From positions 7,936,001 to 8,000,000 of the forward strand of contig OZ024765.1 in assembly GCA_964016885.1 (NCBI GenBank): a DNA stretch of 64,000 bases, in the 5' to 3' direction. Of this stretch, positions 1 to 13,340 are shown piece after piece (the first letter of the stretch is position 1; the number at the start of each line of letters is the position of its first letter). The translations under genes and the position numbers were made by a program. This stretch comes from Eledone cirrhosa (lineage: Eukaryota). Below the pieces are notes generated by a model. It had not been told where the DNA came from. It made no database searches and saw nothing but the letters and a program-made list of their open reading frames with translations.

Positions 1-156
<156 letters not shown>

Positions 157-351
157 ACCTTTCAGTGTTCTTAACAATTTTTCTGACGTGAATAAAAAAA
201 CCAGTGAGATATTTTAATAAATGTATTGTTTTAATAGATACTCTACTTAGAGTAATCTTCATAATCTACATCTGTTTTATCAACACCATATGAAAACCTC
301 CATTGTCCCCCAACTAAACAAAGAGCTATGTCAGAGCTGCTCAGTGTTGGT

Positions 352-1150
352 TGTTTCGTTGTGAAACATGAGAAATCTTCTGTTAGTAAATCACATCTCG
401 TCGTACACGAGTGTATTCATACTGGAGAGAAACCATTCCCCTGTGAAATATGTGGCAAATGTCTTTCTACTAACTGTTATTTAACAACACAATAGAACAT
501 ACACTGCAGATAAACCATTCTATTGTGAAACATGTGGAAAATTATTTTCCACTAGCTGTAGTTTAAGATACCACAAAAGAACACACATTGCAGAAAAACC
601 TTACCATTATGAAAAATGTTCTAAATCTTTTTCCGTGAAGGCTAATTTAAGTACTCACAGAAGAACACACTCTGGTCAGAAACACTTTCATTGTGAAATA
701 TGTGGGAAAACTTTTACTTTCAAGTATAACTTAGGTAAACACAGGAGAACACATGCATGTAAATCTAAATATATTGTCTACCAAGATGTACACACTGGAG
801 GGACGACGTTAAACTGGGAATCCTGAGAAATATTTCTCATGTAAATCTAAATATATTGTCTACCAAGATGTACACACTGGAGGGAAGACTTTAAACTCGG
901 AACCTTGAGAAATATTTCTTGTGTAAATCTTGTTTAAATATTGTCTCCCAACATCTACACATTGCAGAATATTTATAGTGAGATATGTTAGAAATCATTC
1001 TCTGTTAATTCTCATTTGAGAGTAACCCTTCCACTATAATGTTTGGGAAATCCTTAATTGTGGTATATAAACTTGTTGATGAATATATACACACTGGACA
1101 AATATGTGTATATATTATTGTGAAATATATGGGGAATCATTCTGTGTGAA
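352..1150 (+). pseudogene. Decayed C2H2 zinc-finger array downstream of the first gene
   Basis: HTGEKPFPCEICGKC and HSGQKHFHCEICGKTF...H...H motifs with stops and frameshifts. An 82-bp duplicated degenerate finger unit lies at 758-922. Confidence 0.7.
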
Positions 1151-2600
1151 ATAAGTCTACACTTGCAGTCCCCACCTAAATACAGACTTGTGAGAAATAT
1201 AACTACATCAATATGAAATTTGTAACAAAATAATCACTTTTCTATGTAAATTGAAATATAATTTTATAAAGATATTAAAATTGTTTTATTGGAAATCTTG
1301 AAATTATATTTTTTGTATCAAAATCTGTTCACAATTGAAAAGATTTTATAACAAAATATTGTTTAATAAATTTATCTTTCTCTCTCTAAATAAACTTTTC
1401 AGTGTTCTTAACAATTTTTCTGACATGAATAAAACCAGCGACATATTTTAATATATTTATTGTTTTAATAGACACCCTAATTTAGAGTAAACTTCATAAT
1501 CTACATCTATTTTATCAACACCATATGTAAACCTCCATTGTTCCCCTACTAAACAAAGAACTGTTTAGTGTTGGTTGTCAGTCTGTCTAGAATAAGGGTC
1601 ACTCTGATATCAAAATCTGGATAGATGGGGCTCCTTTGTCACTTAGGTGACAACCTTTCAAGTAACCAACAACCTTTTCTTGGTGATAAAGGGGGACAAC
1701 TGTGACTTGGTAGCCAGCTTCCGGGTAAGGGCCAGGCGAGGTTTAGGGACTCACCAACGTTACTTTTTTTAACGTGAGGAGAAACATGGACATTCAGCAA
1801 CATGTAGTTGAACATTGATGCAATTGTCCATAGTCCCTGACCCTCAGCAGTGAGGGTGGGATCTCTCATCATCATCATCATCATCATGTAATGATATCAC
1901 ACAGGAAGTATTTTAAATACATTCAACGTAAACATTTCTTGGCAATTTAAAATGTTTAAAATTTCTGTCACACTTCGTTGATGTAAAAAAGTGAAATATT
2001 AGAATATTTGAGAATCCGAAAGTTATAAGAGTTACTTCTAGTTCTGATGGTGTCGTTGACTCCCTAACGTAAAGTAAGGCTAATACTTTAAATTTAAACT
2101 TAATCAAAGAAAGAAATTGATTAATTATCGATCTCATGATCTAATTGGTTACTGCTAATGTTCCAAATTCTGTTAAAAAGACATTCCAACCATGACCATC
2201 AGGTATATTTTGTATATCTAGACTAAAATAACCAATATCCAATATGTACTTCATTTAATAAGATGATGGGGGTGAAATTTGAGGAGTCATTTGACTGTTA
2301 TTTCTAGCAGGTTCAGACCCCTGTATAGCCATCCTACATGATACATATTAGTAGTTATTTTGTTATTTACCATGGGTTGGATACAATTCGAGATGTTTCT
2401 GAATGTATTAAAATATCGCAGGATATTATTTTGATATGACACCGGTATCATTTAGTAGAGGGAAATATTTTCAACGTAACCAGGCACATGTTTTCTTTTA
2501 TAATTAGCTTTAATCCAGTTATATAAACAGAGTCCCAGGATATCTAAGACAAAAAACTGTATTATAATATATTATAATTAGATAATTCTCGGAAATTACT

Positions 2601-3662
2601 ATGGAGGATGTTAAACACTTGGACATTTCTAACACAACTGCGTTTAACAATATAGATACAGTTACACAGACATACAGTGGTGAGAAACCTTTATCTAATG
2701 AAACGTTTACTGAAAAAACATCGTTACACGGAAATATTCCTGAATATTTTTGTGAGATTTGTAAAAAAACTTTCTCTTCAGCAGATGAAGTCATCACACA
2801 CACATTAACACACAAGATTGAGAAACCTTACCACTGTGAAATATGTGGGAAATATTTTGCCAGTAAGAAATATTTAACACAACACGAAAGAACACACACT
2901 GGAGAGAAACCATACCATTGTGAAATATGTGGGAAATCTTTTGTTTTTAATTCAATGCTTGTTATCCACAGACGTACACACACTGGAGAGAAACCTTTCC
3001 ACTGTGAGATATGTGGCAAATCTTTTGCCAATAATGGTCATTTAAAAATACACATAAGAACACACACTGGAGAGAAACCTTACCACTGTGAGATATGTCG
3101 CAAATCTTTTGCCCGTAAAGCTCATTTAAAAATACACATAAGAACACACACTGGAGAGAAACTTTACCACTGTGAGATGTGTAGAAAATCTTTTGCCAGT
3201 AAGAATTATTTAAAAATACACATAAGAATACACACTGGAGAGGATCTATTTTATTGTGAGATATGTGCGAAATCTTTTATAAATAATTCACAACTTGTTA
3301 TCCACAGACATACACACACTGGAGAGAAACCTTTTCACTGTCAGATATGTGGAAAATCTTTTGGTAGTAATGATAAATTAAAAATACACATAAGAACACA
3401 CACTGGAGAGGAACCTTACCACTGTGAGATATGTGACAAATCTTTTGGCAGTAATGATAATTTAAAATTGCACATAAGAACACATACTTGTGAGAAACCT
3501 TACCACTGTGAAATATGTGGCAAATCTTTTGGCCGTAATGATAATTTAAAAATACACATAAGAACACACACTGGAGAGGAACCTTACCACTGTGAGATAT
3601 GTGGCAAATCTTTTGGTAGGAGTTCTTCTTTAACAAGACACAAAAGAACACACACTGGATAA
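2601..3662 (+). CDS. C2H2 zinc-finger protein, 11 tandem fingers (353 aa)
   Basis: Intact ORF with 11 CxxC-x12-HxxxH repeats and TGEKP linkers. No KRAB, SCAN or BTB domain visible. AATAAA at 3694. Confidence 0.92.
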   Translation: MEDVKHLDISNTTAFNNIDTVTQTYSGEKPLSNETFTEKTSLHGNIPEYFCEICKKTFSSADEVITHTLTHKIEKPYHCEICGKYFASKKYLTQHERTHTGEKPYHCEICGKSFVFNSMLVIHRRTHTGEKPFHCEICGKSFANNGHLKIHIRTHTGEKPYHCEICRKSFARKAHLKIHIRTHTGEKLYHCEMCRKSFASKNYLKIHIRIHTGEDLFYCEICAKSFINNSQLVIHRHTHTGEKPFHCQICGKSFGSNDKLKIHIRTHTGEEPYHCEICDKSFGSNDNLKLHIRTHTCEKPYHCEICGKSFGRNDNLKIHIRTHTGEEPYHCEICGKSFGRSSSLTRHKRTHTG

Positions 3663-3879
3663 ACCTTTCAGTGTTCTTAATTTTTCTGACATGAATAAAA
3701 AACCAGTGAGATATTTTAATAAATGTATTGTTTTAATAGACACCCTAATTGAGAGTAATCTTATCTGTTAGACACGCAATGACTAACAACAGAATATTTT
3801 AATTCTGCGTGTCTGACATATATGCGTAGCTTGTGAATAAAAAATTCAAGGGGTTTCGCTGGCTGTGGTGATCGCTGCC

Positions 3880-4070
3880 AAACATCTTTTGTAATGTATC
3901 GTCTTATTGGCCAATTTCATCGTCTTATTGGCTAATCAACCAATGAGAGTAATTGCTGCTCATAACCATCTGTCACTTTGTTTGCACGTTTATTTATCGT
4001 TCCGCTTTCGAAACTTCCTCCAGTATTTCGTCGTTTTATCATCAAAATATTTTTCTCGTTTTGGTAAGTT
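3880..4070 (+). promoter_or_regulatory. Candidate promoter and first non-coding exon (CCAAT cluster, splice donor)
   Basis: Several ATTGG/CCAAT boxes at ~3905-3945 in a CpG-richer patch, followed by TG|GTAAGT at ~4062. It lies upstream of the duplicated ZNF 5' region. Confidence 0.35.
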
Positions 4071-4278
4071 ATATTGTTAATTTATATATGATTTTTTAAA
4101 TTTATATTAACTATTAAAAGTCTGAAAATATTTTTTATACATCTTACAATAATATTTATAAGATCATTTATAAAATAACAATTATATAATCTAATTACAT
4201 TACAACGATAATTTATTATTAATATATATCATGTTTAACTAGAGTTATTACAAGCCTTGCCTTAAAAAAATATTAAAT

Positions 4279-4716
4279 TAGACCTGAAAAATGCACAAGC
4301 TCAAAAGAACCACAGAATGTTATAATAAACCTTCAAAAGTGTGGGACTAGAGTTGTTGCTCAAAAATATTGTAATCATTATCTATCGTACACTCTGTGGC
4401 ATACTTTTATAAATAAAAAAAAGACTCATAACGAACTCAAAACGACTCAAGTGAATTTATAATATAGAATTCGGTTTAAGTGTATTTCGTATTAATCATT
4501 ACTAAACATCTAATATGAGATATTGAACATTTAGCTTAAATAATTATCATGGCGTCTTGAGTTCGTTATGAGTCTCAGTTTTTTATAAAAGGATGCCACA
4601 GAGTGTACGATAGATAATGATTACAATATTTTTGAGCAACAACTCTAGTCCCACACTTTTGAAGGTTTATTATAACATTCTGTGGTTCTTTTGAGCTTGT
4701 GCATTTTTCAGGTCTA
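4279..4716. repeat. Long inverted repeat (arms ~160 bp, spacer ~115 bp), fold-back or MITE-like
   Basis: TAGACCTGAAAAATGCACAAGCTC...ACGAACTCAA (4279-4440) is the reverse complement of 4557-4716. Confidence 0.85.
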
Positions 4717-4719
4717 GTA

Positions 4720-5372
4720 TAAAATGTTTAAAATTTCTGTCACACTTCGTTGATTTAAAAATGTGAAATATTAGAATATTTGAGAATCTGAAAGTTATAA
4801 GAGTTACTTCTAGTTCTGATGGTGTCGTTGACTCCCTAACGTAAAGTAAAGCTAATACTTTAAATTTAAACTTAATCACAGAGAGAAATTGATTAATTAT
4901 CGATCTCATTACCTAATTGGTTATTGCCAATGTTCCAGATTCTGTTAAAAAGACATTCCAACCATGACCATAGGGTATATTTTGTATATCTAGACTAAAA
5001 TAACCAATATCTAATGTGTACTTCATTTAATAAGATGATGGGGGTGACATTTGAGGAGTCATTTGACTGTTATTTCTAGCAGGTTCAGACCCCTGTAAGC
5101 CATACAACATAATACATATTAGTAGTTATTTTGATAGCTAATTTAAATTATTTTGTTATTTACCATGGGTTGGATACAATTCGAGATGTTTCTGATAGTA
5201 TTAAAATATCGCAGGATATTATTTTGATATGACACCGGTATCGTTCAGTCGAGGGAAATATTTTCAACGTAACCAGGCACATGTTTTCTTTTATAATTAG
5301 CTTTAATCCAGTTATGTTAACAGAGTCCCAGGATAATAAAGACAAGAAACTGAACTATAATATATTATAATT
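4720..5372 (+). repeat. Segmental duplicate of the region upstream of the 2601 ZNF gene
   Basis: Highly similar to ~1948-2580; both give the spurious ORF MRSIINQFLS. Confidence 0.9.
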
Positions 5373-5385
5373 ACACCTAATCTAA

Positions 5386-5772
5386 TTATTGTTTCTACTT
5401 TTTGGCACAAGGCCAGCAATTATTCCAGTGTATTACTGGTACTTTATTTTATCGACCCCGTAAGGATGAAAGGCAAAGTCAACCTCGGCGAGATTTGAAC
5501 TCAGATCGTAAAGGGACGTAACTATGCTGGAAAGCATGGTGTCTGACCCTCCACCGGTGCTGCCAATAGAAATAATTGTTTCTACTTTTGGCACAAGGCC
5601 AGCAAATACCCAGTGCATTACTGGTACTTTATTTTATCTGATTTAGATACATGATCAACAATTTTGAGCAGAGGAAAAAGTCGATTAAATCAGTTCCAGT
5701 GCATTACTGGTACTTTTATCGAATTCGTAAGGATGAAAGGAAAAGCTAACCTCGGCGAGATTTGATCTCAGA
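5386..5772 (-). mobile_element. Cluster of tRNA-derived Meta-domain-like SINE copies (one near-full, two partial)
   Basis: Reverse complement of the family consensus TGGCAGTATCGG...GAGTTCAAATCC...GCCTTTCATCCTTACGGGGTCGATAAAATAAAGTACCAG...AGTAGAAACAATT. Confidence 0.8.
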
Positions 5773-5779
5773 ACACATC

Positions 5780-7039
5780 GTATTTTTTCTTTTTTTGTTT
5801 CCCAGTGGCGATCGGTGTCTTGGCAGGTTCAACCATTCTCGGGTGGTCTACCACTTAAGGACGAACTAAGGCGTACAACATTCATGTATGAAAAATAATA
5901 ATAAGTCCATTCAGATGGAGGCCGAAAAGCCAGTGATTAGGGAAGATCGGGTGAGCTTCTCTAGCCTGCCGCAGCGAACTGTAATGGCCCACTGAAGCAA
6001 GTGGCTATCATCTCCAAGGGCTGACATCGAATCGGACCATGTCCCTCATACGAGTGCCGACTCACTGGAAACGGACTACTGTAAGATTCCGTTACCGACA
6101 ATAACCACTCGTAGGTGTTCCGGATAAGTTTACTCTGGATTACGGAACGCACGTCTTGGTGTTGACGGGAAAGCAGCTTCCTTCACAGTGAGCGTGAGAC
6201 CCCATGGACTGTCGATGAGGTCGGCCTTCCCTTTGTGGGGAAGGGTTGCCTCGAAATACCTTGTAAAAGCATGTTTTGCTCTCTCTGTCCGTGTCACTTC
6301 TCTGGCCTGTCTGGTTGGGCGGAACATTTGTTACATCGGCATGGGCGGAGAGATCGTTCCACTCATCTGGTCAGGCGGACGCATGTCAGCCAATCTACTT
6401 GCGCGGGTAGGGAACCGTTTGTTACACCTCCTTTTATTCAGATCGCTCCTCTTAGAACTAATCTGCTTTACGGTCTTTCCGGGCAGGAACGGAGCGATAC
6501 CTACGTTGACGCGACCCCGCTTTGAGGTGTTCTCCCTCTTTTTCAAGAAGGGTCGCTACCTCCTCCTCGGACCAACGGCCCCTGTCAACTCAAATGCTGG
6601 GAACTCTCGAGAGGCGGCTGCCTCACGAATCGCCTGATTTTCGCGGCGTGTTTTGCAATCCTGCGGCGATTGGCAAACGCAGGATGCTGGTGTCTTTCAT
6701 GCTGTGATCTTCCGGCGATCGTGCGAAAAGCACGGTTACATTCACTACATTTATAGCTTAGGGCCAAGGCAACGGAAGAGTCGTCCCATCTCCTGCCGTA
6801 GATCGGCCAGAGTGGACCCTGAGCAAATGAAGGTGACCTCTCTGCCTACCACATTTGGAACCTCTGAAAAGAAGTTAGCATGCTTGCGCTCGATGTGACC
6901 AGTTTGAGAGGTGCCGCCAAAAAGAGAGTGAGTGAGCAAGAGAGGTCAAGTGATGCCAGAACACTCCCTTATATACTGGCCATGGGGAAGTAACTCCAAT
7001 TAGTTTTTTCTCCCCGGGCAAGGTGGCGCTAGTCGCTAC
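5780..7039 (-). mobile_element. Internally deleted, decayed R2/NeSL-like non-LTR retrotransposon
   Basis: N-terminal finger YKCSECNRAFRTIAGRSQHERHQHPAFANRRR (6585-6767) is typical of R2-group ORFs. GC-rich block with an A-rich 3' tail near 5782-5800. No RT core visible. Confidence 0.6.
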
Positions 7040-7370
<331 letters not shown>

Positions 7371-8020
7371 ACCTTTCAGTGTTCTTAACAATTTTTCTCA
7401 AATGAATTAAAAACCAGATAGATATTTTAATAAATGTATTGTTTTAATAGACACCCTAATTTAGAGTAAACTTCATAATCTACATCTGTTTTATCAACAC
7501 CATATGTAAACCTCCATTGTCCCCCAACTAAACAAAGAGCTATCCCAGCACTGTTTAGTCTTGGTTGTCAGACTGTCTAGAATAAGGGTCACTCTGATAT
7601 CAAAACCTGGATAGATGGGGCTCCTTTGTCACTTAGGTGACAACCTTTCAAGTAATCAAGAGCTTCATCTTTGTTATGAAGGGGGACGAACTGTAGCTTG
7701 GTGGCAAGCTTCCGAGTGCTCCGATTTACGTGAAACTTGTTTTATCCCATTTCCTCCTTTCCAAGTATTTTCCCATTATGGCTGTATTACATTACAGACA
7801 ATCACTGAGCTTTAGTGGTATACATATATATATTTATAAACTTAAATCTGCTCTCCAAACAAGCAAGTCAACTCCGATCTATTTTTTTAAGTCTCTCATA
7901 GGCTTGATAATGGGGTTTTAAACCCAAAAATATTTGGCATTGTTAAATTTGCTAAGGTAAGATTCCTTTGTTATTTTGGCAATTAAATGTTCTTCCTAGT
8001 GCATTGTTTGGTTTTCATTG

Positions 8021-8148
8021 TCCCTTTACGATCTGAGTTCAAATCCCGCCGAGGTTGACTTTGCCTTTCATCCTTACGGGGTCGATAAAATAAAGTACCA
8101 GTAATGCACTGGGTAATTGCTGGCCTTGTGCCTAAAGTAGAAACAATT
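8021..8148 (+). mobile_element. Meta-domain-like SINE, 5'-truncated
   Basis: B-box GAGTTCAAATCC plus family core and tail. Confidence 0.8.
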
Positions 8149-8159
8149 ATATATATATG

Positions 8160-8550
8160 TAAAGGGCTGGAGAGAAATGAAGCAAGCATGCTCCGTAGGA
8201 TGTACAATGTCAATGTACATGAACGACCAAGCATGGATGAGTTGAGAGGGAAACTGTGTATAAGAGGGATAAACTGTAGTGTGCGGGAGATAAGACTGCG
8301 ATGGTATGGACATGTGATGCGCATGGAGGATGACCGCTGGGTAAAAAAGGGCCAAGAAATCCCGATGGAAGGAAGACGCAGTAGAGGAAGACCACGAAAA
8401 ACATGGGCAGAGGTGGTGAGAACAGACCTCAGATCACTGAAGCTCACGGAGGAGATGACAAAGGACCGTAACAAGTGGAGAGATGCTGTGCTGAATAAGA
8501 CCCGTCCCACCCTTGCAAGCAGAGAAAAGCGGACGTAAAATAATGATGAT
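8160..8550 (+). mobile_element. RTE LINE 3' fragment (subfamily B)
   Basis: RLRWYGHVMRM...GRRSRGRPRKTW...KTRPTLASREKRT* followed by an (ATG)n-like tail. Confidence 0.88.
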
Positions 8551-9067
8551 ATATATAAACATGAAGTCTACTTCATAGGATGACCTAGTGCATCAACAAC
8601 AAAATACACAGTCCATCCTGTTAGATGGTTGCGCTAGTGTCCTGTCAAAAAAGCACCCAGTACACACTGTAAAGGTGGTTGGCATTAGGAAGGGCATCCT
8701 GTTGTTGAAACCAAGCCAAAATAAAGATCTATAGGAGAATTTGAAGCACAATTTCAAGCATAGAAGAAAAAGTTGAATGGCCTAAAACAAAACTTGGTGC
8801 AAACAGTATGAGTGATAACATTAAGGAAAAAACTACCACCATCATCACCATCACCACCATCACAATTATCACCACCACTACCACCTTCATAATCATCATC
8901 ACCATCATCATAACAACCAACACCACTATCACCACCACCATCACGTTATCGCATATATTACTATCACCTGACTAAATCTGACCAATGAAATTCGTTTATT
9001 CCGATTTCCGACGTCCATTCATTGACTTGTCTGTCGTAAAACTGGGAAGTAAAAACTACGATCACCA

Positions 9068-9068
<1 letters not shown>

Positions 9069-9109
<41 letters not shown>

Positions 9110-9853
9110 TAAACAGGTGAGTGTATATATATATTTATATCGAATAGGCTATGTAGCCGGTAAACCCTAAAGAGACGCAATACACACATGTCGCTATAGT
9201 GTTTCACCAGCACCTTCCTTAATCATTCATAAATGTATGTAATAATTATTTTGTATAATGTGTCTATTTATGAATATGTATGAGTAGATGTGTGTGTGTG
9301 TGTGTGTGTGCACTTCTGTTGCCTGTATTTGTTTATATATTTACGTATATATATATACACGTATATATATATATATATATACGTATATATATATATACAC
9401 GCATATATATATATACACGTATATATATATATATATACACGTATATATATATATATATACACGTATATATATATATATACACGTATATATATATATATAC
9501 ACGTATATATATATACACGTATATATATATACACGTATATATATATACACGTATATATATATATATACACGTATATATATATATATACACGTATATATAT
9601 ATATATACACGTATATATATATATATACACGTATATATATATATATACACGTATATATATATATATACACGTATATATATATATATACACGTATATATAT
9701 ATATATACACGTATATATATATATATACACGTATATATATATATATACACGTATATATATATATATACACGTATATATATATATATACACATATATATAT
9801 ATATATACACGTATATATATATATATACACATATATATATATATATACACATA

Positions 9854-9891
<38 letters not shown>

Positions 9892-10615
9892 AACATATAT
9901 ATATAAACATATATATATATATACACGTATATATATATATATATACACATATATATATATATACACATATATATATATATACACATATATATATATATAC
10001 ACATATATATATATACACATATATATATATACACATATATATATATATATACACATATATATATATACACATATATATATATACACATATATATATATAT
10101 ATACACATATATATATACACATATATATATATATACACATATATATATACACATATATATATACACATATATATATATATACACATATATATATATATAT
10201 ACACATATATATATATACACATATATATATATATACACATATATATATATATACACACATATATATATATATACACATATATATATATATATACACATAT
10301 ATATATACACATATATATATACACATATATATATATACACATATATATATATATATACACATATATATATATACACATATATATATATACACATATATAT
10401 ATATATACACATATATATATATATACACACATATATATATATATACACATATATATATATATACACATATATATATATATACACATATATATATATACAC
10501 ATATATATATATATATACACATATATATATATATACACGTATATATATATATACACGTATATATACACGTATATATATATATATATATATATACTCATAT
10601 ATATATATATATACT
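9069..10615. repeat. Compound (TA)n / TATACAC(G) microsatellite
   Basis: Directly visible; source of the spurious Y/I ORFs. Confidence 0.95.
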
Positions 10616-10681
10616 CGTATAGTATTAAGGATACTATTTATAGTTATGTATACACTAAAACCTTTTATAGTTATATATATG

Positions 10682-11320
10682 TCCTCCCTTGCTCCGTGCA
10701 ACTCGGATTCTCTTGGGCGTCTGAAAGAGAAGCACCCCCAGATGATCAGCTACACTGGCCCGAACCACCAGAATACTTGAGACCGGTTTACATCGGTGAT
10801 TTCATCCTTCCCCACTGGGTCAGGCACAGGAATTGACGGCCTTCGTCCTCAACACCTCAAGGATGGTATCTCCTTATCAGCCGGTGAAGCTGGACTCGAG
10901 CTCTTGGAGAGTCTGACTCAGTTTGTGAATCAGTTCTCTTCTGTGAACGTTCTCCCCTTCCTCCGCCCACTGTTCTTCAGTGCGAAGCTATTTGGTCTCA
11001 CCAAGCCCAACGGGGGGACCTGCGCCCCGTTGCGGTTGGCTGCACCCTTCGCCGCCTCACTGCAAAGTTGTGTTTGCTGTTGGTCTCCGACTCACTGGCG
11101 GAGGAATTTTCCCTCATCCAGCTGGGGGTGGGTACCAGGTTGGGATGTGAGGTTGCGGTCCACGCTACCAGAGCATTTACCAACTTGCCCTCCTCATTCA
11201 TCCCCCAAGGTCATCCTCAAACTTGACCTCAGGAATGCCTTCAACTCCATCAGCCGCGACATCGTCCTCGGCTCAGTAAGAGAGAGGGTCCCACACTCTA
11301 CCACTTGCTTGGCAGGCTAT
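10682..11320 (+). mobile_element. CRE-clade-like non-LTR reverse transcriptase fragment (frameshifted)
   Basis: Motifs [67 protein letters not shown] and KLDLRNAFNSISR read across two frames. Confidence 0.8.
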
Positions 11321-11438
11321 ATGGAACATTACATTCATGTAACATTCTTTCTTTATTTTAATTTATATTCATTTTCAAGTTCCGATGAGCTGCTCTAATT
11401 TTACCTAAGTTAATTATCTTCAACTGAACCAGATCAAT

Positions 11439-11620
11439 AATTGTTTCTAGTTTAGGCACAAGGCCAGCAAATACCCAGTGCATTACTGGTACTTTGCCTT
11501 TCATCCTTACGGGGTCGATAAAACAAAGTCAACTTCGGTGGGATTTGAACTCAGATCGTAAAGGGACGTAACTATGCTGGAAAGCATGGCGTCCGACCCT
11601 CTACTGATACTGCCAATCCA
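11439..11620 (-). mobile_element. Meta-domain-like SINE (rearranged)
   Basis: Family head and tail in reverse complement, with a short internal inversion of the core. Confidence 0.75.
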
Positions 11621-11794
11621 CCAGATCAATAATGATCTATAATCATTTGATCCAGAAACATTATATGGAGTAGCGAAACAATTGTAAACGGACATTATTA
11701 ATATTATTCTCTACATTCCTTACATTAAACTAAAACTATGTTGACAAATAGTAAATTACCGTTCTTACTATATATATATATATATATATATAAT

Positions 11795-12272
11795 GGTAAT
11801 TTCCTATTTTACGTTCACAAACTCAAATAAACATTATCGCTAGTTATGTATGGAGGTCGAAAGTGAAACTGTTAAGCGGTGAATTAAGCTTAAAAGTTTC
11901 ACTTTTGAAAATTAATTTCACTTCTGACCTGGAGGTCGACCTGCTACTGCGCCAAAATATATTGTTCCGCCAGATGAAGTAATGAATAGCACTCAAATTT
12001 TGGCTGAGAAATATAATATAACCAAACTTGCAAGAGATGTAACTGTACTTGGAGCTGTATACAGTGGTGTGCACGTAGACGGCTTTTACGCAATACTTTG
12101 ATTTGTGACTCCTGTAGTGTTGAATGCTTCCTAATTAACAGAGGTGATATATCTGATGGCAAAACATGGTATTGCAGTAGATTGGTGTAATTTTTGTTGC
12201 GAGGCATGTGAGATGTGGCTTGAGCAAAACCCCCAACAAACAGGTGGGATTAATGAGGATGGAGAACCAATG
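11795..12272 (+). mobile_element. Merlin/ISXO2-like DNA transposon remnant
   Basis: From ATG 11982: CIQWCARRRLLRNTLICDSC...DISDGKTWYC, then in another frame AVDWCNFCCEACEMWLEQNPQQTGG. Candidate TIR GGTAATTTCCTATTT at 11795. Confidence 0.65.
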
Positions 12273-12750
12273 ACTTCACTCAATATTTACGCCGACAGTT
12301 TATCAATATAATCCACTAATTAAACTGACTACCTCCAGATAATAAACTGAACACCCTACCCACTAAGCCACCAGACTTCACTCAATATTTACGCCGACAG
12401 TTTATCAATATAATCCACTAATTAAACTGACTACCTCCAGATAATAAACTGAACACCCTATCCACTAAGCCACCAGACTTCACTCAATATAATCCACTAA
12501 TTAAACTGACTACCTCCAGATAATAAACTGAACACCCTATCCACTAAGCCACCAGACTTCACTCAATATAATCCACTAATTAAACTGACTACCTCCAGAT
12601 AATAAACTGAACACCCTATCCACTAAGCCACCAGACTTCACTCAATATAATCCACTAATTAAACTGACTACCTCCAGATAATAAACTGAACACCCTATCC
12701 ACTAAGCCACCAGACTTCACTCAATATTTATCACTACAGTTTATCAATAT
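12273..12750. repeat. Minisatellite, 79/102-bp unit, ~5.5 copies
   Basis: ACTTCACTCAATAT...AATCCACTAATTAAACTGACTACCTCCAGATAATAAACTGAACACCCTATCCACTAAGCCACCAG repeated. Confidence 0.92.
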
Positions 12751-13340
12751 AAAAATGTAATAAAATTTCCACTGTTAAATCTTTACATTTTAAGTCTCCT
12801 CCATATCTTATAGAGTTTCTTTATTATTTCAGAATATCAGCGGACATTGGTAGAAGAGAATTGTTTAACTAAAGGAAGATCTTATACAGAACAGATATAA
12901 CCCTGTTTATATAAATATCTGGTTGAATTACACTGATTTCCTCTAATCTGAGATTAAAAACATTTCTCTACTTCACTGCCTGGAATGTAACTTAACTAAA
13001 CACAAATATATCCCCTCTCAACAGAAGCCATACTACTGTGGTTAACCCCTCATATATAAATCTTTTCTCTACTTCACAACCTGGAATGTGTACAACATAA
13101 ATTCACATTCTCATTAAACTTGGACAAATTTACAAAAAGATTTTCCCAGCATCTTCAGATATCAACAAAGATCACAGTTGATGGAAATGTAGCTGGAGAA
13201 ATATTTGTTTGGAATATACATATATACATATATATACTCTATTACATTCCAGCCGACATGCTGAGGCCATGCTGGGGCACAAACATTAAATACAAAAACC
13301 AGAAAAATTTCTGAATATTGTGGTGAGAGAAAAACTAGTT

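Noticed and set aside
2828-3651. Antisense ORFs over ZNF, RTE and ankyrin coding regions
   Set aside because: Shadow frames of real coding sequence.
9268-10701. Long Y/I/H/T/C/V-rich ORFs here and at 15984-18212, 40712-41721, 51155-52064, 53778-55261 and 61039-61914
   Set aside because: Translations of dinucleotide microsatellites that lack stop codons; not genes.
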